A stretch of DNA of 39,328 bases, from contig CAYMEV010000012.1 in assembly GCA_964389675.1 (NCBI GenBank), forward strand, positions 1 through 39,328, given 5' to 3'. The stretch comes from an uncultured Candidatus Sumerlaeota bacterium. Lineage in GTDB: Bacteria > CAYMEV01. The position numbers and the translations under genes were made by a program. This document shows positions 1 to 9,816 of this stretch, one piece after another (the first letter of the stretch is position 1; every line of letters begins with the position of its first letter). The notes under the pieces are model-generated. The model was not told the DNA's origin, searched no databases, and worked only from the letters and a program-made list of their open reading frames with translations.

Positions 1-525
1 CAAGATAACTTAGGATTCAGGCTAAAAAATTTACAGAAAAATTTTGACATAACCACAGAGACCAATTACCCCCTTCTGGTAAAAGAGGAGGAATACTGCC
101 CAACATCCAGAAAAGAGGCGGTTGATGAGGATCATTATGCCTCATATATGGTGAGGTATTATATAATTGCACTTGCATCGGGATGTGTCGGGAGGGTTTA
201 CTGGTGGCAGACAGCGGCTCATGGATACGGGCTTATTGATAATATATCAGGGGAGTGGAGAAAGAGAAAGGCATACTATGCATTTCTGGCATTAAGGTCA
301 ATCCTGGGAAGCTCCATGGTTATACACAGGGAGATAAATGAAAGATATCTGCTTTTCAGGTTCAGGACAAAGGATAAGAGTATTGTTTCTGCGGCATGGG
401 CAAAGGATAAGGAGACAGAATACAGTCCTGATATCAATGTCAGGGAGATACTTGATATAACAGGGAAAAGGATTGATATGAGCCCTTTAGTGCTCTCACA
501 CAGCCCTTTATACCTTATTCACTGA
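1..525 (+). CDS. C-terminal part of a putative clan GH-A (GH5/GH39-like) glycoside hydrolase; 5'-truncated by the window edge
   Basis: Frame 1 is open from base 1 (QDNLGFRL...ITTETNYPL...VDEDHYASYMVRYYIIALASG..RVYWWQ). The 'TE(T)N' segment and 'RVYWW' resemble the last strands of a GH-A TIM barrel. Confidence 0.5.
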   Translation, partial: QDNLGFRLKNLQKNFDITTETNYPLLVKEEEYCPTSRKEAVDEDHYASYMVRYYIIALASGCVGRVYWWQTAAHGYGLIDNISGEWRKRKAYYAFLALRSILGSSMVIHREINERYLLFRFRTKDKSIVSAAWAKDKETEYSPDINVREILDITGKRIDMSPLVLSHSPLYLIH

Positions 526-2503
526 AATTCCCCAGCTTTTCTTTCAGGTTTCTATCTTTTATGAATCTCTGGAAATCCCTGTCGTTTGGAAACAGATTTT
601 TTAATAGATTCAGGCAGTCAGTAGCCTTTTTTAAGTCCTTCGACTGGATGAAGAGCATGGATGCAGTCATGGCTGCATCTTTGTAATATGAACTATATAG
701 TATTCCGTATTTTATGGCATTATTCATGGCAGTCACTGCATCTGTATGATTTCCAAGCCTGGAATGATAGGCTGACTGAATATAGTATATCTCCGGATCT
801 TCCGGGCTTATTACCTGCATAACATCTATCATATCAGATATAATTCTGAATTCTTCTGATTCATGGGGATAGTTTAAATTATAGGAGGATACAAACTTAA
901 TAGCTTCAAGGTTGTAGATGTCCCTTGAAAGGACCTGCCTGTATTCATCAATAATAACCTGATAGCTTTTAATGGAGCTTTCAATTATTTTCTCGAGATT
1001 TTCTTGCTGTGTAGAACTAATCGTGGGGTCATGAAGGACTGAATAAACATAATACCAAGCGGGTGAGTATAACGGGTCTATCTTAAGTATTTTTTCTGCG
1101 TTATCAGCTATTGTGTCTATATCATTTTCATAAAAAGCCATGATGATATTGTTCAGGTATAGAAATTTCGGTTTTGTATGCTCTTTCCTATAAGTTATCT
1201 CACTGTCCTCATAATTAAGGAAAAGAAATAGGAAAACCAGTATAATGATGATATTTATCATCTTTTCAATGTTTTTTTTGCGAATATATGAGAAAAATCG
1301 GCATAACATATAAGATGCAAAAGGAATAAACATAATTATCATGGGTATGCGCAATCTCTCCGTGATGTAAAATAAAGAGAAGAAAGCCATATAGGAAAAT
1401 AGATATAATATAATATAAACATGGTCTTGGTTTTGCTTCCCCCATAGAATAATTCCAGCAATACCAAATAATGCTATCAGACCGCTAGGAATAAGGAAGA
1501 ATGCTCGCTTAAGATAATAGCCCCGCTTTAGAGAACTTATCACATCATAATCGGCAAAAAAATGTATTGAATACCAGACCCTTTTTAAAGAAAGGGAAAG
1601 ATATTTTTTGAAATTACCTAGAATCTGCTTCTTTGTTTCATGAAGGTAGAAACTATTTATCTCTCTTAAGGTCATTGGCCTGTCATGTAAAGCTTCCGCT
1701 ATATCCTTGAATATTTTCATAGTATCCGGTGTGAATCTTTGATCTTTTGTATACTGAGATTCTAATACATGCAGAACACCGGGTGGACTGTAGCCCAAAC
1801 CAGTGCTTCTGTAATTATTGGAGGAATATAAGACCGCAGCTCCTGAGTCCTCTACAATAACCAGCTCACCGCTTTTAATGTAATTTAGCAGAGTAATGGG
1901 AAGAATACATATTATAATTGCACTGATATAGTACAACAGATGCTTCTTATCTTTTATTACAAGGTAGAATGTCATCAGAATTGCGAATATCAGAATATTG
2001 GGCCTTGTAACAACAGATAATCCGATAAAAAGCCCGCTTAAAAAAATGTACTTCTTTTGGGGATAATCTCTGTGGTAGAGTAAGCATAAGATTGATGAAA
2101 GATTAAACATAATTACGAAGGGAGCAGCGAGCAGATCGCTATTGTAAATAATAAATGGGACAGAAAAAACATAGATAATTGCTGAAGTTATTGCTGCATT
2201 CGCACCAAACAGCCTTTTTGTAATAAGCATCAGTAAAAAAACATTAATACCAGAAATTATGTTTATAATCACAGCAAAGCCTATACAACTGGATTTAAAA
2301 AGAAGGCTTAAAATGGCAAAAAACATGGAATAGAGGGGGCTGTATTCAAAGCTTCTGGAAAATCCTATAAGGCCGTCTTTAATTATATCATTGCCAAGTG
2401 TCACATACTTGGAAAAAAAGCCGATATCCCTGAAAACAGTAAGGGTAAATGCCATATTTATGACCACTGTCAGCAGGGCTAGTATTATTATAAGCTTTTT
2501 CAA
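515..2503 (-). CDS. GT-C fold membrane glycosyltransferase (ArnT/PMT-like, GT83/GT39) with C-terminal TPR-like helical region
   Basis: 662 aa with many TM helices; motifs 'SPLYSMF', 'GLSVVTRPN' and 'ERLRIP'; C-terminal TPR-like segments ('LKIDPLYSPAWY', 'ISPEDPEIYY'); TTG start. Confidence 0.7.
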   Translation of the reverse strand: MKKLIIILALLTVVINMAFTLTVFRDIGFFSKYVTLGNDIIKDGLIGFSRSFEYSPLYSMFFAILSLLFKSSCIGFAVIINIISGINVFLLMLITKRLFGANAAITSAIIYVFSVPFIIYNSDLLAAPFVIMFNLSSILCLLYHRDYPQKKYIFLSGLFIGLSVVTRPNILIFAILMTFYLVIKDKKHLLYYISAIIICILPITLLNYIKSGELVIVEDSGAAVLYSSNNYRSTGLGYSPPGVLHVLESQYTKDQRFTPDTMKIFKDIAEALHDRPMTLREINSFYLHETKKQILGNFKKYLSLSLKRVWYSIHFFADYDVISSLKRGYYLKRAFFLIPSGLIALFGIAGIILWGKQNQDHVYIILYLFSYMAFFSLFYITERLRIPMIIMFIPFASYMLCRFFSYIRKKNIEKMINIIIILVFLFLFLNYEDSEITYRKEHTKPKFLYLNNIIMAFYENDIDTIADNAEKILKIDPLYSPAWYYVYSVLHDPTISSTQQENLEKIIESSIKSYQVIIDEYRQVLSRDIYNLEAIKFVSSYNLNYPHESEEFRIISDMIDVMQVISPEDPEIYYIQSAYHSRLGNHTDAVTAMNNAIKYGILYSSYYKDAAMTASMLFIQSKDLKKATDCLNLLKNLFPNDRDFQRFIKDRNLKEKLGNFSE

Positions 2504-2507
2504 GTAT

Positions 2508-3959
2508 CTATTCTCCTGTTCTTTTTACAAATACTGCTATAAGGCTTAGCGGGGCGATCAGGGGTATTTTGTCAAGAAGCCTTAAAACAGGGACGATCAT
2601 ATTAAGAAAAGTTATCTGTAAAAGGCTGAAATGCTTCCTTTTAAGTATTTTGCCGTTTATGAACCATCCCAGTGTCCCCAGCCTGTTGAACATTATCATC
2701 TTCTCCAGGGCAAGCCCTGCTTTTTCCCCTGCTTCTTTCAGGGTTTTACGGGTATATCTGCGCTTATGACCCAGCACTTTGTCCAGGCTGGAAAAAAGGT
2801 ATGGGCTGTTGGGAACAAGGATAACTGCTTTGCCGTCAGGAGAGAGGATCTCCCTGAGGTTCTCAAGCGCCTGTATGTCACTGTCAATATGCTCAATTAC
2901 ATTGATGCAGATTATAGTGTCAAACTTTTCATCAGGACTGAATTCATCAAGATGCTCAATATCGAGATAGGAAACATCAAGGAAGGGCCTTGTATCTTTC
3001 AGGTTCTGAAGGGTCTGGAGGTAAAGGGGGTTTATGTCTGTTGCATAATAGTGTGCCCTGGGAAGAAGGCTCTTTGTAATATTTCCTGTCCCCGAGCCTA
3101 TCTCAAGTACTGATTCACCTGTGAATGGCCTTATGGTATCTGCCATATATTTATTGAAGCGCTTTGCCCTGGAAAGCCTGCCGAGAATACGGGAACCGTA
3201 TTCATCCTCAATGTATATATCATCAGAGAGCTTGTATTTCATGATGGCAAAAAGGGTCTTTACACCGTCCTTCCAGTTTATCTTCTTGCCCTCCTCATAG
3301 GTCCTTCCCTGATAGCTTATCGGGACTTCAAATATCTTTGCCTCTCTCTTGGAAAGCTTGATGGTCAGTTCAACCTCTATGCAGAAATCCCTGGAATAAA
3401 GGGGTATTGATCTTAACAGTTTTGTCCTTACAGCCTTGTAGCATGTCTCGACATCAGACAGGTTAAGGTCTGTGGCAAGGTCAACAAGCAGTGTTATAAG
3501 CTTATTCCCAAGCTGATGCCTGAAATAAAGCACCCTCTTGTACAGGGATGGCAGGAACCTGGAGCCGTAAACAGCATCGGCGTCTGTGGTGGTAAATACC
3601 CTGACTATCTTTATTATATCAGCGGGGTCATATTCCAGGTCAGCATCGTGTATTACAGTTATATCACCATTAACATGCTGTATGCCTGTCTGTATGGCTT
3701 TTCCCTTGCCTGAGTTCTTCCCGTGCCTGTGGACTTCCCATGAGTACTCTGTGTCCTTGTGGCTGCGGGGCAGTTCCTCAACAAAGCCTTCAAGCTCTCC
3801 TTCTTTTAAGTCCTTTGAGCAGTCATCAACGATCACGACCTGGACACGGCTTACCATGGAGCTATTTGCTATGCGAAGAAGCCTTCGCAGGCTCTCCTGA
3901 TAGAAATACCTCTCATTATACATGGGGAATATTACTGACAGGGATACGGGCTTTTCCAT
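2508..3959 (-). CDS. Bifunctional GT2 (polyprenyl-phosphate sugar synthase/DPM1-like) fused to class I SAM-dependent methyltransferase
   Basis: N-term 'VIFPMYNE', 'VDDCSKD', 'GKGKA', 'HDADLEY' (DxD) and 'DVETCYK'; C-term SAM motif 'VLEIGSGTG' and 'INVIEHI'. Confidence 0.85.
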   Translation of the reverse strand: MEKPVSLSVIFPMYNERYFYQESLRRLLRIANSSMVSRVQVVIVDDCSKDLKEGELEGFVEELPRSHKDTEYSWEVHRHGKNSGKGKAIQTGIQHVNGDITVIHDADLEYDPADIIKIVRVFTTTDADAVYGSRFLPSLYKRVLYFRHQLGNKLITLLVDLATDLNLSDVETCYKAVRTKLLRSIPLYSRDFCIEVELTIKLSKREAKIFEVPISYQGRTYEEGKKINWKDGVKTLFAIMKYKLSDDIYIEDEYGSRILGRLSRAKRFNKYMADTIRPFTGESVLEIGSGTGNITKSLLPRAHYYATDINPLYLQTLQNLKDTRPFLDVSYLDIEHLDEFSPDEKFDTIICINVIEHIDSDIQALENLREILSPDGKAVILVPNSPYLFSSLDKVLGHKRRYTRKTLKEAGEKAGLALEKMIMFNRLGTLGWFINGKILKRKHFSLLQITFLNMIVPVLRLLDKIPLIAPLSLIAVFVKRTGE

Positions 3960-4331
3960 TTAGTTTCTGCTTCTTACAAACTCCCTCTCTATTACAAAAT
4001 GCCTTGTTGATTTCATCATGGGAAGGTTATAGGTATAGCTGTATTTTATTTTAAGTATCTTTTTTATTGCAGAGCTTCCCTGGCTTATTGTAATATTGTT
4101 TTCCTTTAAGTCTATTGTCTTGTACTCTTTGGAGACTGCAATTACCTTTTCCTTTATCTTCTGTTCTGTTGCGAGCTGGACTCTCAGGTCTCTTGGGGTA
4201 AGTTCTTCCTCGAGCTTGCCCTTGAACATGCGGTAGTCCATGTCCACTTTGAAATAGTGCCAGCCGTAGAAGATCCCTATAATAATGGCAATTACAAGAA
4301 TAAAGTTGATAGTTTTGTTTCCTCTCTGCAT
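3960..4331 (-). CDS. Small single-TM pilin-like protein (DUF4845-like)
   Basis: 123 aa; 'MQRG' followed by a hydrophobic helix, resembling a class III leader but lacking Phe1/Glu5; C-terminal beta-rich 'LKIKYSYTYNLP'. Confidence 0.5.
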   Translation of the reverse strand: MQRGNKTINFILVIAIIIGIFYGWHYFKVDMDYRMFKGKLEEELTPRDLRVQLATEQKIKEKVIAVSKEYKTIDLKENNITISQGSSAIKKILKIKYSYTYNLPMMKSTRHFVIEREFVRSRN

Positions 4332-4334
4332 TTT

Positions 4335-5786
4335 CTAATCCTCCTTTAGTATATCATTTAATTCTTCTTTGTATTTATCCGTTTTATACCTCATCTGCCT
4401 GAAAGACAGGGAGAGAAGTTTTGCGGCCTTTGACTTGCTCCCGCCGGCAATCTTAAGGGCCTGCTTTATGGCTGAAAGCTCTATCTGCTGGAGATATTCC
4501 TCAAGGTTAAAAAGGGTTTTGCCGAACTGCTCCTGTATGCCGTAACCCGGGGCTGACATGGAGGGGATGGTGTATTGGCTTTCGCCATTTCCGTATGGCT
4601 TCAGTGTTATTATATTATCAATTTTGAGGGTTGATGAATCCTCAAATGCCACAGCCCTCTCTATGGTATTTTCAAGCTCCCTTACATTGCCCGGCCAGTT
4701 ATAGGACATGATGGGAAAGAGCGCTTCATTCTCTATGCCCTTTATATCCTTGCTGAAACGCTTTTTATACTTATCCAGGAAATGGAAAATCAGCTTCAGT
4801 ATATCCTCTTTTCTCTCCCTTAGAGGCGGAAGCATTATCCTGCCAACATTGAGCCTGTAATAGAGGTCGCTTCGGAATTTCCCCTCCCTTACATAATTTT
4901 CGATCTCCTGGTTGGTGGATGACAGCAAAAGAAGGTCAACAGGAATATCCATATTACCCCCGAGCCTTCTTACCCTCTTATCCTCAATAACCCTCAGGAG
5001 CTTTGCCTGGAGGTTAAAGGGCATGTCTCCTATCTCATCAAGAAGAAGGGTGCCTTTATTTGCCTGCTCGAATATTCCTATCCTGGTTGCATGCGCGTCA
5101 GTGAAAGAGCCCTTCTCATGGCCGAAAAGGACGCTTTCAAGGAGTGTCTCGGGTATGGCTGAGCAGTTGACAGCGACAAATTTCCCCTCTGCCCCTGAAA
5201 GCCTGTGTATTGCCCGGGCTGTAAGCTCCTTTCCGGTTCCGCTCTCACCTGTTATAAGGATCGATGATACCTTCTGCTTCGCAAGCTTCCTTATCTGCTC
5301 CTTTACAAGGTTTATCTGGTCTGAATCTCCCACTATCTCCGGCATATCATCTGTGGACGTAAGCTGTTCCTTTAAGTATATGTTCTCAAGGTAAAGGCTT
5401 CTTTTCTGTATTGCCCTCTTTACCACAAGGGACAGCTCTTCCTTTGAGAAGGTCTTTTCAATGTAGTCATAGGCCCCGAGCCTTAATGCCTCTATTGCAG
5501 TATCCTTCGTGGCATAGGCGGTGATGAGTATGACATCTATGCTGGGGTAATTGGCCTTTGCATACTTTAGTATCTCAATGCCGTTTTTGCCAGGCAGGTT
5601 TATATCTGTAATAATCACGTCAATATTCTGGGCCTTCAGCTTTTCTATTGCCTCATCATAATTATAGGCCCCGAATACCGTATAGTTCTCTTTTTTCAGT
5701 ATTATTTCAACGACAGCAACAACACTCTCCTCATCATCAACAACAAGCACGTTGAAATTCCTGTTTATGAATGCACTCTCTGTCAT
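4335..5786 (-). CDS. pilR: Sigma-54-dependent response regulator (NtrC family), PilR-like
   Basis: Receiver domain (VDDE, D in 'ITDINLP'); AAA+ Walker A 'GESGTGKE', 'GSFTDA', Walker B 'LLDEIG' and 'WPGNVRELEN'; Fis-type HTH; follows pilB-T-C-S. Confidence 0.85.
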   Translation of the reverse strand: MTESAFINRNFNVLVVDDEESVVAVVEIILKKENYTVFGAYNYDEAIEKLKAQNIDVIITDINLPGKNGIEILKYAKANYPSIDVILITAYATKDTAIEALRLGAYDYIEKTFSKEELSLVVKRAIQKRSLYLENIYLKEQLTSTDDMPEIVGDSDQINLVKEQIRKLAKQKVSSILITGESGTGKELTARAIHRLSGAEGKFVAVNCSAIPETLLESVLFGHEKGSFTDAHATRIGIFEQANKGTLLLDEIGDMPFNLQAKLLRVIEDKRVRRLGGNMDIPVDLLLLSSTNQEIENYVREGKFRSDLYYRLNVGRIMLPPLRERKEDILKLIFHFLDKYKKRFSKDIKGIENEALFPIMSYNWPGNVRELENTIERAVAFEDSSTLKIDNIITLKPYGNGESQYTIPSMSAPGYGIQEQFGKTLFNLEEYLQQIELSAIKQALKIAGGSKSKAAKLLSLSFRQMRYKTDKYKEELNDILKED

Positions 5787-7423
5787 TTATCCCTTTCCTC
5801 AGGCAAAAATATTGAAAATGAAGTCCCTGTATTAATCTGAGTATCCACCTCTATCCATCCATCATGCATGTCAATAATGGAATTGACAACCGCAAGCCCT
5901 ATACCGAAACCCTCTTTCTTGCCCGTAAGGAAGGGCTTGAAAATATATGAGAGCCTGTCCTTGTCAATACCCTTTCCATTGTCCTGTACCTTCAGACATA
6001 AATATTTCCTCTCTTCTGAGGATGTGTTTGCAGTATCAGCCGGGACCCTGCTCTCCCTGCTTATGCCTACCCTTATTATACCATCTTTATCAACCGATTC
6101 CAGAGAATTTTTAAGCAGGTTCCACAGGACCTCCTTTATCTGCTCAGCATCCACAGAAATATAGCATTGTTCATCGGTTTTTTCAAATATAAGCTTTGCA
6201 TTGCCTTTTACGGAGTTTTTGAATAAAAAGAGGACCTCGTCCACAAGGGCACTAATGTCCGTTATTTCTTTCTGCGGCTTTTTCAGCCTGGTATATTCAA
6301 GGAACTCGCTAAGCTTCCTGTTGAGCCTGTTGCTCTCCTTAAGCAGTATGTCTATAAGCCTTTTGGAATCCCCCTCAGCCTTTATGTCCTCATTCAGTAT
6401 CTCAATGCTGTTTATAATGGAGGATAATGGGTTCCTTATCTCATGGGCGACCACTGCAGAAAGCTCTCCTATTGTGGCAAGCTTCTGCTTCATCCTGACT
6501 ATGGATTCGAGCCTTTTTATGCCGGTAAGGTCCTGAAGGTTGATAAGCTTGCCTATGGTGTTATGGCTGCTGTCAAAGAGCCTTGTCGTTACTATCCCTA
6601 TATATATGGCATTGCCATCCCTTTCATACTCTATTTCAGTCCTGAAACTATTTCCGTCAATCCGCTCAAAATCATTAAATATATCCCTTATATCCTTTCC
6701 AATAAATTCATCATGTTTTATTCCGAGTATTGCCTCTCCTGCATTATTAATAAGTGTGATCCTGTCATCAAGGTCTGTTGTTATGATCCCTGACCTGAGG
6801 CTCTGGAGTATATACTCATTAAAGAGTATAAGGTCATCTATATTCTTCTGCTTTTTCTCTATCTCCCTGCTGGCTGATTTTAATGCCTCGGAAAGATAGG
6901 ATGATAAAAAGCCTATTATTATAAAGCCTATGCCCTTGTATCCGACGGAAAATAATGCATTTAACAGGCTCACCCCTGCAGGCTTAATTAAAATTATATG
7001 GAGCCCCGATGTAATGGTGAAAAGAAGTATTGAGATTATGCTGAAATAGATCGTGCCCTTCCTCTGGAATATAATACCGGCAACTATTATGGTTATGGAA
7101 TATAGAAATGCAAAGGGGCTGTCATGCCCGCTGGTGAGGAAGACAACCCCGGAGATAATTAATGCATCCCCGAAGAGCTGTATTATTCCGAATGCCTTCT
7201 GTTTTATCCTCCTGTAGAGGACTGTATATATAATGGATAAAAGATATGTAAAGACTATTACTATGTAAAGGGGGCTTAATCCAAGGTGCTGGTCCGTATA
7301 GACCTGGACAAGGATGAATGTCCCGAGGATTATTGTTATTACAATTATCCTGTAGATTATGAAATTCTTAAGTATCTTGTCTTCCCTGGGGCTGTCCTGT
7401 GTCCTGTAGTTATGCTCTTTCAT
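5783..7423 (-). CDS. pilS: Membrane PAS sensor histidine kinase, PilS-like
   Basis: About 6 TM helices ('SPFAFLY'), PAS domain, H-box 'AHEIRNPL', 'DNGKGI' and 'GFGIGL'; ATGA overlap with pilR. Confidence 0.85.
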   Translation of the reverse strand: MKEHNYRTQDSPREDKILKNFIIYRIIVITIILGTFILVQVYTDQHLGLSPLYIVIVFTYLLSIIYTVLYRRIKQKAFGIIQLFGDALIISGVVFLTSGHDSPFAFLYSITIIVAGIIFQRKGTIYFSIISILLFTITSGLHIILIKPAGVSLLNALFSVGYKGIGFIIIGFLSSYLSEALKSASREIEKKQKNIDDLILFNEYILQSLRSGIITTDLDDRITLINNAGEAILGIKHDEFIGKDIRDIFNDFERIDGNSFRTEIEYERDGNAIYIGIVTTRLFDSSHNTIGKLINLQDLTGIKRLESIVRMKQKLATIGELSAVVAHEIRNPLSSIINSIEILNEDIKAEGDSKRLIDILLKESNRLNRKLSEFLEYTRLKKPQKEITDISALVDEVLFLFKNSVKGNAKLIFEKTDEQCYISVDAEQIKEVLWNLLKNSLESVDKDGIIRVGISRESRVPADTANTSSEERKYLCLKVQDNGKGIDKDRLSYIFKPFLTGKKEGFGIGLAVVNSIIDMHDGWIEVDTQINTGTSFSIFLPEERDK

Positions 7424-7427
7424 AAAG

Positions 7428-7448
7428 AGGGGGCTTTTTCAGCCCCCT
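7428..7448 (-). terminator. GC-rich hairpin between pilC and pilS (weak intrinsic terminator or attenuator)
   Basis: Perfect 8-bp stem AGGGGGCT/AGCCCCCT with a 5-nt loop, followed on the minus strand by CTTT and the pilS ATG. Confidence 0.5.
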
Positions 7449-7460
7449 TTATTATTCTTC

Positions 7461-8669
7461 TTATTTGGCTGCCATTTCCCCGATAAGCTTGAACTGAGGC
7501 ATATACATGGCTATGACTATAAAGCCTATTATTGTCCCCAGAACAACTATCATCAGTGGCTCCATCAGGGATGTCAGGTTGGCTACGGCAACATCAACCT
7601 CTTCCTCATAAAAGTCAGCGATCTTCTGAAGCATTGTATCAAGCGCGCCTGTCTGCTCTCCTACCCCTATCATTGATACGACCATAGGCGGAAACTGGTC
7701 TGTCTCCCGCAATGGCTCTGATATGCTCTTTCCTTCTGATATGCTCTCCCTGGTCCTCATGATCGCCTGCTCAATTATGGCATTGCCGGCAGTCCTTGCT
7801 GTGATCTCAAGGGCATCCAGTATGGATACGCCTGAGGATATAAGCGTCCCGAGAGTCCTTGTAAAACGGGATATGACTATCTTTCTTGTAAGTTCGCCTA
7901 TAATTGGTGAATTCAGTATCAGCTTATCTATGAAGAACCTTCCGTTCTTGGTCTGATAGTAGTAATAGATCAGGACACCGATGCCTATAGAAACAGCAAT
8001 TATAATTAGTATATAATCCTTTACAAAGTAGCTCATGTTGATGACAAAAAGGGTCATGCCGGGCAGTTCTGAACCCAGGCCCGTGAATATCAGCGCAAAT
8101 GTCGGTATAACCCAGATCATCAGGATAATAACAACAACAACTGCTATTGAGATAATGACTGCAGGGTATGTCATTGCGCTCTTTACCTGCCTTTTGAGTG
8201 TCACGGACTTCTCAATGTATGTTGAGAGCCTCTGGAGTATGGTGTCCATGATACCTCCTGTCTCACCTGCTTCTATCAGGTTGGTGTAAAGGGCATCAAA
8301 TACCTTGGGGTGCTTCCTTAATGAATCTGCAAATGTCATGCCCTCTTCCACGCTTGCCTTAACCTGGTATAATACCTCCTGGAATCTCTTGTTCGTCTGT
8401 GAATGGGCAAGGATCTCAAGACACTGGACTATTGGAAGGCCTGCGTCTATCATAACGGAAAGCTGTCTTGTAAAGACTCCGAGCTCTTCCTTCTTTACCC
8501 CGCTACCGAGGGTAGGAAGCCTTATCTCCTTTGCCTTCGGTTTGACAGATGTGACTATTACCTTCTGCTTCCTCAGGATCTCAATGACTTCTTCTTTTGT
8601 ATTGGCAGATATGACACCAGACTGGGATTTACCTGCCCTTGTCCTGCCTTTCCATACAAAATTCTTCAT
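7461..8669 (-). CDS. pilC: Type IV pilus inner-membrane platform protein
   Basis: Two T2SSF repeats ('FTRQLSVMIDAGLP', 'AGETGG', 'AMTYP', 'VGEQTGALD', 'LMEPLMIVVLG'). Confidence 0.95.
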   Translation of the reverse strand: MKNFVWKGRTRAGKSQSGVISANTKEEVIEILRKQKVIVTSVKPKAKEIRLPTLGSGVKKEELGVFTRQLSVMIDAGLPIVQCLEILAHSQTNKRFQEVLYQVKASVEEGMTFADSLRKHPKVFDALYTNLIEAGETGGIMDTILQRLSTYIEKSVTLKRQVKSAMTYPAVIISIAVVVVIILMIWVIPTFALIFTGLGSELPGMTLFVINMSYFVKDYILIIIAVSIGIGVLIYYYYQTKNGRFFIDKLILNSPIIGELTRKIVISRFTRTLGTLISSGVSILDALEITARTAGNAIIEQAIMRTRESISEGKSISEPLRETDQFPPMVVSMIGVGEQTGALDTMLQKIADFYEEEVDVAVANLTSLMEPLMIVVLGTIIGFIVIAMYMPQFKLIGEMAAK

Positions 8670-8712
8670 ATTACAGCCCCCTATATATAAGAATTAAATT
8701 AATATCTGCAAA

Positions 8713-9804
8713 TTATGCTTTTCTTACCGGTCTCTCAGAGACCTCCTTTCCGAACATCTGCATAAGCTCATCCTTGTTCATTGTCCTTGAAAGAGCCTCC
8801 TTCTGCGAAATAAGCCTTCTTTTGGCCAGGTCATACAATGACTGGTTCATTGTCTGCATGCCAGAGGTTGTCTGCCCTGACTGCATATTGCCGTAGATCT
8901 GGTGGATCTTGTCCTCCCTGATGAGGTTCCTTATTGCAGCGTTCGGGACCATTATCTCCAGGGCGCATATCCTGCCTTTTCCGCTTGCCCTTGGGATCAG
9001 CTGAAGGGAAAGGACACCCTCAAGTACGAAGGAAAGCTGTGCCCTTACCTGAGACTGCTGGTGGGATGGAAAAACGTCGATTATCCTGTTTATGCTCTCA
9101 ACGCAGGAGTTGGTATGCAGTGTTGCAAATGTAAGGTGGCCTGTCTCTGCTATGGTCATGGCAGCCTCTATTGTCTCAAGGTCCCTCATCTCACCGACCA
9201 GGACGATGTCCGGGTCCTGGCGGAGTATGGACCTCAGCGCCCTCTTGAAGGAGTGTGTGTCCTGGTGGACCTCCCTCTGGTTCACAAGGCAGGATTTGTG
9301 CTTGTGCAGAAACTCTATCGGGTCCTCTATTGTAATTATATGTGAGCGCCTTTCTGCATTTATCTTGTCTATCATTGCGGCAAGAAGGGTTGATTTTCCG
9401 CTTCCTGTAGGGCCTGTAACAAGTATCAGCCCTTTTGGGCGGTCTGCCAGCCTCTCTACTGATTTCGGTATTCCCATCTCGTCAAAGCCCATTATCCTGA
9501 AGGGGATTGTCCTTACTGCCGCTGCCACAGCATTCCTCTGATAGAATACATTGCACCTGAACCTTGAAAGCCCCTTTAATGCGAAGGAAAAGTCAAGCTC
9601 CTTCTCTTCCTCGAACCTGTGTTTCTGTGAATCACTCAAAACACTGTATATAAGCTGTTTTGTCTGCCCTGGGTCAAGCGGCGGAAGGTCCATGGGATGC
9701 ATTATCCCGTCAATTCTCAGCACAGGGGGCGATCCCGTCGTGATATGCAGGTCGCTTCCCCCCTGGTCTATCAGGGTCTTGAGAAGGCTTTTCATATTTA
9801 TCAT
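8713..9804 (-). CDS. pilT: Type IV pilus retraction ATPase
   Basis: Walker A 'GPTGSGKST', 'TIEDPIE', 'LRQDPD', 'GEMRD' and the PilT signature 'AIRNLIRE'. Confidence 0.97.
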   Translation of the reverse strand: MINMKSLLKTLIDQGGSDLHITTGSPPVLRIDGIMHPMDLPPLDPGQTKQLIYSVLSDSQKHRFEEEKELDFSFALKGLSRFRCNVFYQRNAVAAAVRTIPFRIMGFDEMGIPKSVERLADRPKGLILVTGPTGSGKSTLLAAMIDKINAERRSHIITIEDPIEFLHKHKSCLVNQREVHQDTHSFKRALRSILRQDPDIVLVGEMRDLETIEAAMTIAETGHLTFATLHTNSCVESINRIIDVFPSHQQSQVRAQLSFVLEGVLSLQLIPRASGKGRICALEIMVPNAAIRNLIREDKIHQIYGNMQSGQTTSGMQTMNQSLYDLAKRRLISQKEALSRTMNKDELMQMFGKEVSERPVRKA

Positions 9805-9816
9805 TATATTAACTCC

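Noticed and set aside
4335-5786. PilR 'GSFTDA' as a sigma-54-independent variant
   Set aside because: The key Phe-Thr residues are retained and such variants occur in ordinary enhancer-binding proteins.
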